Source of the DNA: an uncultured Gemmatimonadaceae bacterium
GTDB lineage: Bacteria; Gemmatimonadota; Gemmatimonadetes; Gemmatimonadales; Gemmatimonadaceae
Assembly: GCA_963740355.1 (NCBI GenBank)
Contig: CAVUDW010000003.1
Span: 416,001 to 480,000 of the forward strand
DNA: 64,000 nt
Direction: 5' to 3'
Shown in pieces: positions 9,962-19,125 of the stretch. Position 1 is the first letter of the stretch, and every line of letters starts with the position of its first letter. Under the pieces are notes generated by a model. The model had not been told where the DNA came from and made no database searches. It was given only the letters and a program-made list of their open reading frames with translations. Both the position numbers and the translations under genes were made by a program.

Positions 9962-10693
9962 TCAGGGACTGACTCGCACGTTGCGGAAATACGCGACCGT
10001 GCCGGCGTCGATCCACAACGCGATCGCGCCACGTCCGCGTGGGCCGGACTTCACGTCGCTCACGACGAGCGTGGGTTGCGCCTGCCCATGCACGAACAGG
10101 CGAGCGGTGTCACCACGTACCTCGATGCGGATGCGGGTCCACGCGTCAGGCACCAGATCGACGTACGCTTCATAGCGTCCCGGCGTCTCGGTGCGCATAC
10201 GATTCCAAGTCCAGTCCGGGTGCGAGATGTACTGCACGGCATGGTTGCGCCGCTCCTGATCCGACGCACGACCATTGGTCGGGCGAAGGTAGAATGCGTC
10301 GTACGTGCGCAGGTCGGGCTGCACGCGGAACGCGATGCCGACGAAGCCGCGCGCACCCGGAGGCGCGTCGGGCGCTGGAGCTCCCGCGATCTCCGCCTCG
10401 ATGATCCCGTCCGCAAATTCGGACCCCTCGATCACCGCCAGCCGGTCGAACTGCGACTGCTGCTCAATCGGGAGTGACGCGATGTTGCGCTGTGTCTCGT
10501 CGGACGTGCGGAGACGCACACCGCGCTTCCCGGCATGCATCACCGACGCCGCTGTGAGGCGGTGCAACGTGAGACCGGCGGTTGACTCCACGGCGTACTG
10601 CCGCGTCGGCGCCCCCTGCGCCTCAGCGCTTTGTACGCCCGCCAGGGCAGCAGTGGCCGCGAGCATCGCGACGATGGTTTGTGTGCGTGTCAT
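9962..10693 (-). CDS. Secreted ConA-like/DUF1080-like protein
   Basis: Signal peptide ending AEAQ; FADGIIEAEIAG..GFVGIAFRV..WTRIRIEVRG..GAIALW..AYFRNVRV. Confidence 0.75.
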   Translation of the reverse strand: MTRTQTIVAMLAATAALAGVQSAEAQGAPTRQYAVESTAGLTLHRLTAASVMHAGKRGVRLRTSDETQRNIASLPIEQQSQFDRLAVIEGSEFADGIIEAEIAGAPAPDAPPGARGFVGIAFRVQPDLRTYDAFYLRPTNGRASDQERRNHAVQYISHPDWTWNRMRTETPGRYEAYVDLVPDAWTRIRIEVRGDTARLFVHGQAQPTLVVSDVKSGPRGRGAIALWIDAGTVAYFRNVRVSP

Positions 10694-10897
10694 AGCGTGG
10701 GCAGGCTCCATTGCGGCACGATGCCGTTCACCGTGCGAAGGTGATGGAATGTCCGAGGTGCTCGTGCTGGTCGCCACATGGTCATGAAAGATGTAGGTGT
10801 GCACGGTGGTCCAGCGGGACGTGGTGCGGCGCGCCGCCACGACGCGCGAATGCAGGCGACGCGGCACGGTCGCGATGCCGAGACCGTCACGGCGCGC

Positions 10898-12069
10898 TCA
10901 GGTGCCGCGCGTGATGAACAGGCCCGCACCCGTCGCGACGGCGCCCGCCCCCGCCAGCGGATGCAGATACGTGCGCTTCTTCCTGGTCGCGCTCGGACGC
11001 GTACCCATGCGCCGCGCTGTCCGTGCTGACCAGCTCCAGGAATGACGGGTCGATGTCGTGATACTCGAGCTTCGCACCGGTGCCGTTGCCGGTGAAGTGG
11101 CTGTTGTCGGCGAAGTACGAATCGACGACGCGATAGTGGCTGCGCGCTGGCGGCGCCTTTGTGCTGGAGACGGCCACACCTGCGTCGGCGCCGGCCGATT
11201 TCGCGTCCTGATGTGTCCAGACGTAGTTGCAGCGCGCCACGACGTTGTTGTGATACGCGAAGTCATCGGCGATGCCGGAGGTCCAGACGGCGCTGCCATA
11301 GAGGTCCTCATTCACGCAGTGGTGCATCGCGTGACCAGTCGTGCCGCCGCCCCAGTACACGACCGAGATCTTGAGGCCGCGGAAGATGCAATGGTGCACG
11401 ACGAGACCAGTGCCGAGCGCGATGATGCCGACATGGTTTGAGCGCCAGGATTTCGCTGCCTTCGAAAACGCACTGCGCGATCTCGAGGTCGTCCAACTCG
11501 GGACGCAGGCGCGTGACGGCGTACAGGCGCTTGATCACACCGGGGCGTGGACTTTCCACAATCGGCATGCCGAGAATCCGAAGTCCCTGGATCGTGACAT
11601 GACTGCTCTCGACGAGAATCCCATCGGCGGCGCCACCGAGCGTGTCGGGTTTGCCGTTCCACGTGTCCTTCATTGGCATCGTCGGGATCACTGTCGGCAT
11701 GCGGCCATGGTCCCACGCGACATCGTCCGGCAGCACCTCCGCACGAATCACGAGGCGCTCATCCTTGGTGAATCGACCGGGTCGGGGCGAGAAGAGCGCC
11801 GTTTCGCCGAGGACGTGGATACCTTCGGCCATCATGACCGTGAGCGGCCCGCGACCGCGGTCACGGCTCACCCGTCGCGCGGCCTCGGCCAGTGTGCGCA
11901 GCGGCGCGCCTCGACTACCGGTCTTTCCATCATCGCCGGAAGCGGGGTTCACGTACAGCGTCGTGCCGTCGGCCACGCCGCGCACCGCGCGCTCCGCGAA
12001 GGCGATGCGCGGAATCATCAATGCCGCAGCACCGAGTGCGGCGGTGCCGACGAACGTCCTGCGTTCCAT
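10898..12069 (-). CDS. Tat-exported right-handed beta-helix (pectin-lyase-like) protein, frameshifted
   Basis: MERRTFV Tat motif; LYVNPASGDDGKTGSRGAPLRTLAEA; frame changes near 11430 and 11010. Confidence 0.7.
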
Positions 12070-12109
12070 ATGCTGCTCCTGAGTGGGTCGGTGCGAAGGT
12101 TGCAGCCTG

Positions 12110-12733
12110 TCAGCTGGCAGTGACGACGGCGGGCGAGATCGCCGTGCCACGACCGGCGACGTAGCCGAGGTAGATGTTGAGCAGGCCGAGTGGCTCGAGC
12201 AGGCGCGCGTTCGCCAGTGGGCCGGCGTCGACGGTGTCGAATCCGGCGCTCTCCACGAGGCCTGCGACCGCGGCCTTCGCGTCCGTGTCGTCGCCGGCGA
12301 GGAACACCTGCGCGCGATGCGCGCCGCCGAGCACCTGGGCGAACACCGTGTTGAACGCCTTCACGACTTTGGCGTGCGGCGCGAGCTTCTGGATTTCCTC
12401 ACCGGCGGAAGTCGTGAAGCCGACGGAGAGGCCGGACATGTCGGCGGTGAGCGGATTGGTGATGTCGATGACGATCTTGCCCGCCAGGTCGCCGCTTTCG
12501 CCGAGCGCTGCGGCGGCGGCCCCGTACGGCACGGCGAGGATCACGATGTCGGCCGCGGCGATCTCGCTGGCCTGCACGGCACGCGTGGCGTGGCCGGCCG
12601 CAGTGGCGGCGTCCGTTGCATGCGCGGCGTTGGTTGCCGTGATGGTGACGTCGTGCCCTGCGGCGGCGAATCGCGTCGCGAAGGCGCGACCCATGTTGCC
12701 AGCGCCGATGATGCCGATCTTGGAGTGTGCCAT
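12110..12733 (-). CDS. NADPH-dependent F420 reductase-like oxidoreductase
   Basis: IGIIGAGNMG Rossmann motif, ILAVPY, IDITNP, VVKAFNT, DAGPL. Confidence 0.9.
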   Translation of the reverse strand: MAHSKIGIIGAGNMGRAFATRFAAAGHDVTITATNAAHATDAATAAGHATRAVQASEIAAADIVILAVPYGAAAAALGESGDLAGKIVIDITNPLTADMSGLSVGFTTSAGEEIQKLAPHAKVVKAFNTVFAQVLGGAHRAQVFLAGDDTDAKAAVAGLVESAGFDTVDAGPLANARLLEPLGLLNIYLGYVAGRGTAISPAVVTAS

Positions 12734-12801
12734 GATGCGATTCCTCAGTGGTGTGATGTGATGTCGATGTCGTCGTGCGAACGCAGCCAGCCTGTTCTCA
12801 G

Positions 12802-12824
12802 ACTGTATCCAGTACAGATACAGT
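12802..12824. promoter_or_regulatory. Putative Rrf2 operator
   Basis: ACTGTATC-N7-GATACAGT inverted repeat; matching TGTATC-N7-GATAC at 13310-13327. Confidence 0.65.
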
Positions 12825-12856
12825 TGTCGTACATTCGTGCTCTCTTCACGGTTCAA

Positions 12857-13291
12857 TTACGCGCGTGCCTTGCGTCGTGCCCGTTCGTTCACGTCGGTGA
12901 GTACATCCGCAATCGTCGTCCGTTCAAGTCGTGCGTCAACCGCGTCTTCGACCTGCTGAACCGTGTCACCCAGGGCGCTCGTGATGTTGCCGCCGACCTT
13001 GCAGAGCGGATGCGGCGAGGGGTGCAGCGGCACCAACACCCTGGTCTCGTCCACGGCGTGATAGACGTCGCGGAGCGTGATCGACGCTGCGTCGCGCGCC
13101 AGCACGGTGCCGCCACCACTGCCCTCCGTCCCCTTCGTCAGTCCGGCGCGACCCAACTGGGCCACCACGCGCCGCACGAACGACGGATTGGTGCCCACGC
13201 TGCCGGCCACGGTCTGCGACGTGACTGGTTCCCCGCCCTGTTCGGCGATGAAGACCAAGATGTGGACGGCGACGGCGAAGTGAGTATTCAC
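12857..13291 (-). CDS. Rrf2 family transcriptional regulator
   Basis: NTHFAVAVHIL..TSQTVAGSVGTNPSFVRRVV..GGGTVLARDAASITLRDVY..HPLCKVG. Confidence 0.9.
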   Translation of the reverse strand: MNTHFAVAVHILVFIAEQGGEPVTSQTVAGSVGTNPSFVRRVVAQLGRAGLTKGTEGSGGGTVLARDAASITLRDVYHAVDETRVLVPLHPSPHPLCKVGGNITSALGDTVQQVEDAVDARLERTTIADVLTDVNERARRKARA

Positions 13292-13309
13292 ACGCGGGGA
13301 ATGAGTTTC

Positions 13310-13327
13310 TGTATCTATGTTAGATAC
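13310..13327. promoter_or_regulatory. Putative Rrf2 autoregulatory operator
   Basis: GTATCTA-TGT-TAGATAC inverted repeat just upstream of the GTG start. Confidence 0.6.
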
Positions 13328-13668
13328 CGTATCGACCCCTGTCAAGGTCGGGGATCTCACGAGGGGGGCAGGACGGGATGGAGCATGAGAGGCTGCTGGG
13401 ACGTGGCCGGTCCACATCCGGCCCACACGCGGCGCGAAAGGCGTGTCGACGTGCTCTGACGCTGATCGACTTTCAACACCACGCAGCGCGTCTGCTCGCG
13501 TCGGCCGGCGAGGTGATGATGCATATACGCACCGTGTATGTGGCCGGCGGCACACCATTTCGGTCGCGCGGATTACCACCAGCTCACTGAGTCATGCGTG
13601 CCAATCGGGAGTCTGTCGCTTGACCCGGTGGGCACAGGATTTGGGACACGACGTGGCGCAAAACGACG

Positions 13669-13701
13669 CAGACCCGCTGATCACGACGATCAGCGGGCCT
13701 G
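13669..13701 (-). terminator. Hairpin downstream of tRNA fragment 1
   Basis: CCCGCTGATC-ACGAC-GATCAGCGGG stem; no clean U tract. Confidence 0.45.
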
Positions 13702-13729
13702 CAACTCTTTCAGAATCAAGACCTTCGAA

Positions 13730-13907
13730 ATCGGGACGACAGGATTCGAACCTGCGACCCCCTGAACCCCATGCTCCGGGTCGGTAGCACAAGTCGTTGC
13801 TATACAGGGGGTTATGGTATCCAAACATGGATACGTTGCCCAGATTCAGGGGGTCATTGGCTCGCGGGGGACGTGTTCGGGGACAAAACGTCGCCAGCAA
13901 CGTCGCC
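13730..13907 (-). mobile_element. att-like junction 1: tRNA-Pro(GGG) 3' fragment (13731-13772) plus arm
   Basis: Minus strand ATGGGGTTCAGGGGGTCGCAGGTTCGAATCCTGTCGTCCCGA (anticodon loop, T arm, acceptor 3' strand); 5' half absent; repeated at 50874. Confidence 0.9.
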
Positions 13908-14063
13908 GGGAAAACCGGGCCCGTTCGTGTCACAAATGCGGTCTACCTGCGGCGTGTCGCCGAGACGAGGCCTGCGCCAGCGTCGGACGCCGCCCTGCCC
14001 CTCTGCGCCGGCAGGGAGAAGGCGTCCGCCAGCCGTTGGATCGATGGAGATCAATCGCTGCGC

Positions 14064-14498
14064 TCAGCGACGCAGCGCCAGCACGACGACGCCGGCCGTG
14101 ACCATGGCAATCCCGATCCAATCGCGTGGGCTCGGCCGCTCGCCGAGGAAGACCACCGCGAAGACGGCGACCAGCACCACACTGAGCTTGTCCACCGGGG
14201 CGACGCGTGCGGCGTCACCGATCTTCAGCGCGCGGTAGTAGCACACCCACGACGCCCCGGTCGTGAGCGCCGACAGCGCGAGAAATCCGAGGGACCGTCG
14301 CGGCAGCGCGAAGGGGTCACGCCATTTGCCGAGCGCTGCGACGAACACGCCGAGGACCATTGCGATCATGGCGGTGCGGACGAGCGTCGCGAAATCCGAG
14401 TCGATCCCCTCCAACCCGGATTTGGCCGACACCGCGGTCAGCGCTGCGAAGACCGCGGACGCAACGGCCCACGGCAACCATCCGTCAGGTGCGCCCAT
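14064..14498 (-). CDS. EamA/DMT family transporter
   Basis: SAVFAALTAVSAKSGLEGIDSDFATLVRT...YYRALKIGDAARVAPVDKLSVV. Confidence 0.9.
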   Translation of the reverse strand: MGAPDGWLPWAVASAVFAALTAVSAKSGLEGIDSDFATLVRTAMIAMVLGVFVAALGKWRDPFALPRRSLGFLALSALTTGASWVCYYRALKIGDAARVAPVDKLSVVLVAVFAVVFLGERPSPRDWIGIAMVTAGVVVLALRR

Positions 14499-14745
14499 AC
14501 CGGCCTCCATCCAGAAGAAATTGCGCCCGCACAATGCGCACCGAGATGCAAGAGCCTGTGCGCGTCAGCGGGTCTGAGGACAGGCGCCTCGGCTCACGCG
14601 TGGCCATTCGGAGTATAGTCCCGAAGTCGCCGCACATCTCTCTCCCCGTGTGGCGTCCACACGGCACATATAAAGCGCCTCGGTGCCGACGTTGCCTCCC
14701 GCAGACAGTGGGGGTGCCCCTTTGCCTGTGTCCCGCACACCCACC

Positions 14746-15111
14746 ATGCCCACCGCCTCTGAGGACGACCACACGGACGCAGACCAGGTGACCGTCGCCG
14801 AGCTCGCTCAGCGCGACACCATCGCGATCCATGTGCTCTCAGTCTCCGCCACGATGGTCGGCGTCTGCCTGACCGTCATCGGGATCCTCCGCGTTGCCGC
14901 GCGGAACAACCTCGCCGGAACGCTCGCCGACGATCTGGTCGCCGTGGACGCGATTCTCTTCCTCTCCGCGGCACTGACGGCCTACGGTGCGCTCCGCTCA
15001 CGACGTATCGCAACACGGCGGCGCATCGAGGGCTGGGCTGATGTCCTCTTCGTGCTCGCGCTCGGCGTGATGACACTGGTCTGTGTCCTTGTCACGTGGA
15101 CGGTGCTGTGA
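14746..15111 (+). CDS. Small three-TM membrane protein
   Basis: HVLSVSATMVGVCLTVIGIL...LADDLVAVDAILFL; three hydrophobic segments. Confidence 0.75.
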   Translation: MPTASEDDHTDADQVTVAELAQRDTIAIHVLSVSATMVGVCLTVIGILRVAARNNLAGTLADDLVAVDAILFLSAALTAYGALRSRRIATRRRIEGWADVLFVLALGVMTLVCVLVTWTVL

Positions 15112-15147
15112 TTCGCGCAGTCACGGATTGAAATCCTACCGGACGCA

Positions 15148-15720
15148 TCACGCGGCGTTGGGCACCGACACCGTCGCCTTGCGCTCGAGCTTTCCCCACC
15201 CGACGATGCGCCCACGCAATGCGGCCACAAATGAGCGCACGACGATCCAGTACATGACCTGCCGGTACGCAACGCGCTGCAGGAAGATCAGCCATGTCAG
15301 ACGGCGATCTTCGCCCGGCTCCATCATGAAGGCGATCACCGCCGCCACCCAGTCCACGACAAGGAAGACCAGCAGCTGCTCGAGATTCGTCACCGCGTAA
15401 GTCTCACCGTGCTCACGCCACGTCAACCAAACAGACACGAGGCTCCACAGGAAGACGAGATCGACGAGCGGCGACACCGCGGCGAACAGCAACTGGAAGA
15501 CCCAGACGTTCGGCATCGCGACCAGCCCGAGCGTGCCATAGCGTCGCCGGCGCAGCACCTCGCGATGCTTCCACATGCACTGGAGCGTGCCGACACTCCA
15601 CCGGAATCGCTGTTTTGCGAGGCCGGCAAACGTATCTGGCGCTTCAGTGTACGCCTCGGCCATGTTGGCGTAAGCGATACGGAATCCAAGCCGGCTGATG
15701 GCCAGCGTGAGGTCCTGGCG
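15148..15720 (-). pseudogene. GT2 glycosyltransferase (PgaC/IcaA-like), C-terminal remnant
   Basis: DLT...AYTEAPDT...KQRFRWSVGTLQ (QxxRW) and WGKLERK; upstream sequence lacks the DXD region. Confidence 0.75.
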
Positions 15721-15940
15721 CTCCCGCAACGCGCGACCGATAGGAAGCACGGGTGAGCACCCCGACGACTGGGCGGTTTTGAACCGATCCATGCGACGTC
15801 GCCGCCGGGTGTCCAGGAGGGGACGCGCTACGTCAGCACGTGGACGCGAGCGCACCGCTTGTCGCTCGGGCTGACCATACAGCACCAACTCTAGCCGGAC
15901 CGCCGCGCCGACGCCAAGCCCACTGACTTCAGCGCTGCAG

Positions 15941-18649
15941 TCACTTGTGCACGATCCCCGCCACCCCGCCAGAGATCAGCGTGGTGACATTCGTGAGGAC
16001 TCGCGGCAATGCAAATCCGCCCGGTGACGCGAGGTATCGCGGCTCCCAGACCGGTCCGAATTTTTCCTTGAACGCGCGTAACCCCTGAAAATTGTAGAAC
16101 TGCTCGCCGCGTCCAAAAACGAACGCACCGGCTCGTGACCAGAGCGGCGCCAGTTCCGGTCGTGCGAGCAGTGGCGAGGCCAGCCCCGCCAGCGGCGCCA
16201 TCCCGAGACTTGCCTTCGCGTACCCCTCCGCCTTGCCCCAGAGCAGCAACTGGATGAACAGGAAATCCATCACGCCTCGTGGGGCATGTGCCGACCGCCG
16301 CATGAGATCCGGCGAAAACTCACCACCCGGGGCGCCGCACCAGAGATTGGCAAATGCAACGATCTCTGTGCCACCGTTTCGCGGCGCGCGCACCACTGCG
16401 ATCGGAAAGTGTTGTAGGTACGCGTCGTCGAAGCATCCGAGCGAGAACCCCTTCTCGCGCGTCGATTTTCCACCCAGCCACTCATCGGAGATCGCGCGCA
16501 ACGTCGGTAACAGTGCCGGCACGGCCGCCGGTGGCACAACATCGAACGTCAGCCCAGCCTTCTCGGCCTCCGTGAGACTGCGTCGCATCCAGCGACGTTC
16601 CGCACCGGCGAGCGAGAACGACTCGAGCGCCACGAATGCCTCCTCGCCGAGCTTCAGCATCGTCAGGCCGAGATCGATGTAGAGCGGCAGGCGTTCCGCG
16701 GTCACCTGATAGAAGACGGGCCACGCTCCATGCGCGTCCGCTTCGAGCTTGAATCGCCACGCCGCATCGATCGCCGCATCGGTCGGCCCGATCGGGTCAC
16801 CCATCGCGATCCAGCTTCGGCCCGACACACCGTACATGACGAAAGCCGCCTCGGACGGATCGTACACCAGAGACTTGTCACCAAGCAGCACCAGTGAGGC
16901 GACACTTTCGGGTGTCGCAGCGACGATCGCCGCCGCGTGCCGCAGTTCGTCCGGTGTTGGCAAGTCCCGCGCATACGTGGCATGGCGCAGGAGGCGCGAG
17001 GCGCCGACAAGTACGACTGCCGCCACCGCACCCGCCGTGGCGCGAAGGAATCGCGGCGCGTTCCCGCGAGCTGCAAAGTCCCAGAACATGTCGGAGCTGT
17101 AGTCGACATGGCGGTATGTGAAGAGTCCGAGCCACACCGACGCCCCGATAACGGCCGTGACCGCCGCCAGCCATTGGGGTGACAACGGTTCAGTCGTCAG
17201 CGCGGACTTGCGGTAGAACGCGCCGCGTGCCGGGAGCAGCACCACGAGCGCGGCGGTGAGGGCGATCGCCTCCTCGTAGTCCAGTCCCTTCAACAGCGAG
17301 ACCACAATACCAAGACTGAGGAGGAGCACCGTCAGCCCCCACGCCGCGTCGAGCCGACGGCGCAGCGCCCAGCCGAGAATGAGTAAGCCCACGCCGACGA
17401 GACTACCGAGGAAGTGCGACAGTTCCACCAGGCCAAGGGGCAGTACCGTCGTCAGTGCACGCAGTCGACCAGAGGCCGCTGGCGTGACACCGGAGAACAG
17501 CAGAATAACGCCGGACACGAAGGTCGTGACGCCGATCGCCGTCGGAATCAGGGGCTGCACCACGCGTGCCCACTGTGCACCTTGCGCGACGGTCGCACGC
17601 GTTCGTGCGAGTACGATCGGCACCCGCGACCGGTGACGCAGCATTTCAAGCACCACCAGCGTGGATACCGCCGACACGAAAGGCATCAGATAGTAGATGG
17701 CTCGATATGCGACCAACGCGACCAGCGCTTCCTGCGCGGAAAGCACCGGCTGAAGGGCGAGAATCATGATCGTGTCGAAGACGCCGAGCCCGCCCGGGAT
17801 ATGACTGAGCACACCGACCGACTGCGCCAGTACGAACAATCCGACAAACGGCACGAACGCGATCGCGTGCCCGGACGGCAGAAGCACAAACAACACCAGA
17901 CTCGCGACAACCCAATCGACGCTCGCGAGCGCCAGCTGAGCGACCACCAGCCCGTGCGACGGAACCGAGAACAACCAGCCATAGACACGGACGGAGCGAC
18001 CGCGGCGGAGCAGCGACCAGAGCACATAGAGACCCGTGGCAAGGAGCAAGGCCGCGCCCACTGTCCGCGCCAGCGCGGGAACCACGTGCAGGAGTGCCAG
18101 CGAGCTCTCGGGTTCAATCAGCAGCGCAGCACCGCTGACAGCCATCATCCCGATGGTGAATGTCGTGCTGACGAAGGCGGCCGCACGTGCCATCTCCTCG
18201 GTGGACAGCCCCCACGCTGTCCAGAATCGCACGCGGACAGCGTTGCCAGTCAGCAGCGGAAAGCCCAGCATCTGACTGATGCCGTAGGAGAGCGATGACG
18301 CGAGAAGCACGCGTGGTGTGGTAATCCGCCGCTTGATGTACCGGAGTGCGAGTGCGTCGTAGCCGGCCAGCATGACGTACGCGAGCAGTGTCAGCGCCAG
18401 TGCGCCCATCACCTGCGGACGCGGCACCGTCGCCAACGCACTCATGACGGCGTCATATCCCGTGCCCGCCAATTCGGCCCGCAGCACCAGCAGCGCCGCG
18501 GCGAGGAGTCCCACGATGAGCACGGCGCCGATGGCCGGACGGTACGTGAGCCAACGCGACGCGGTGCCGAGGGATGCGGTCGAGAGCGCCGCACGGACGC
18601 GGTGCTGGTTTGCGCCGTCCGCTCTGGGAGGCGCGCTGATGACGTTCAT
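15941..18649 (-). CDS. mprF: Bifunctional aminoacyl-phosphatidylglycerol flippase/synthase MprF
   Basis: Multi-TM N-terminus with IPGGLGVFD; KGLDYEEA; MGDPIGP, KLGEEA, EKGFSLG, DLMR, FYNFQGLRAFKEKF. Confidence 0.95.
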   Translation of the reverse strand: MNVISAPPRADGANQHRVRAALSTASLGTASRWLTYRPAIGAVLIVGLLAAALLVLRAELAGTGYDAVMSALATVPRPQVMGALALTLLAYVMLAGYDALALRYIKRRITTPRVLLASSLSYGISQMLGFPLLTGNAVRVRFWTAWGLSTEEMARAAAFVSTTFTIGMMAVSGAALLIEPESSLALLHVVPALARTVGAALLLATGLYVLWSLLRRGRSVRVYGWLFSVPSHGLVVAQLALASVDWVVASLVLFVLLPSGHAIAFVPFVGLFVLAQSVGVLSHIPGGLGVFDTIMILALQPVLSAQEALVALVAYRAIYYLMPFVSAVSTLVVLEMLRHRSRVPIVLARTRATVAQGAQWARVVQPLIPTAIGVTTFVSGVILLFSGVTPAASGRLRALTTVLPLGLVELSHFLGSLVGVGLLILGWALRRRLDAAWGLTVLLLSLGIVVSLLKGLDYEEAIALTAALVVLLPARGAFYRKSALTTEPLSPQWLAAVTAVIGASVWLGLFTYRHVDYSSDMFWDFAARGNAPRFLRATAGAVAAVVLVGASRLLRHATYARDLPTPDELRHAAAIVAATPESVASLVLLGDKSLVYDPSEAAFVMYGVSGRSWIAMGDPIGPTDAAIDAAWRFKLEADAHGAWPVFYQVTAERLPLYIDLGLTMLKLGEEAFVALESFSLAGAERRWMRRSLTEAEKAGLTFDVVPPAAVPALLPTLRAISDEWLGGKSTREKGFSLGCFDDAYLQHFPIAVVRAPRNGGTEIVAFANLWCGAPGGEFSPDLMRRSAHAPRGVMDFLFIQLLLWGKAEGYAKASLGMAPLAGLASPLLARPELAPLWSRAGAFVFGRGEQFYNFQGLRAFKEKFGPVWEPRYLASPGGFALPRVLTNVTTLISGGVAGIVHK

Positions 18650-19050
18650 CAATGATCTCGTGCGGAAGTGTGGCGTGTCACCCGACCCCCGTGTATCTCG
18701 TGCGCTGTCGCACAGGCGTGTATCAAACGGCTCGCGCGTACGGAATGGCCTTGCGCCGGCGGGTGCCGCTGCCGGTCGCGATACGACAGTGCCCTTCGTC
18801 GTCGCGCCGTTCGCCCTTCATGAACCAATCCAGAATGGCACGGACGACCGTGTGCGGTGCGCTGCGCCCTCGGAGCGATGTGACTGAGCGTGACGGCCGC
18901 TGGCCGGGCCTCCTGCCGCCCCGATGCGGTCGCCGACATTCCGAGCACCGACCTCCCCTCGGCCGCCGGTGATATGCGGGCGGCGGTGTCGAGCGGCGAT
19001 GGCGAATGGGCGGCATTGATCAGTGCTGTGTGGAAGGGTGACGCGACGGC

Positions 19051-19113
19051 AGTGAGGCTGCAGTGAGCATCGTGTCAGTACGATAGGCCGCGGTACATCA
19101 CTCCAGCCTCACT
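19051..19113. promoter_or_regulatory. Two oppositely oriented AGTGA-N6-AGTGA boxes between mprF and the divergent gene
   Basis: AGTGAGGCTGCAGTGA (19051-19066) and TCACTCCAGCCTCACT (19098-19113). Confidence 0.65.
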
Positions 19114-19125
19114 CCCCGGGACCCG

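Noticed and set aside
13731..13800. Intact tRNA-Pro gene (also at 50875)
   Set aside because: Homology stops at the anticodon loop; the 5' anticodon stem, D arm and 5' acceptor strand are missing.
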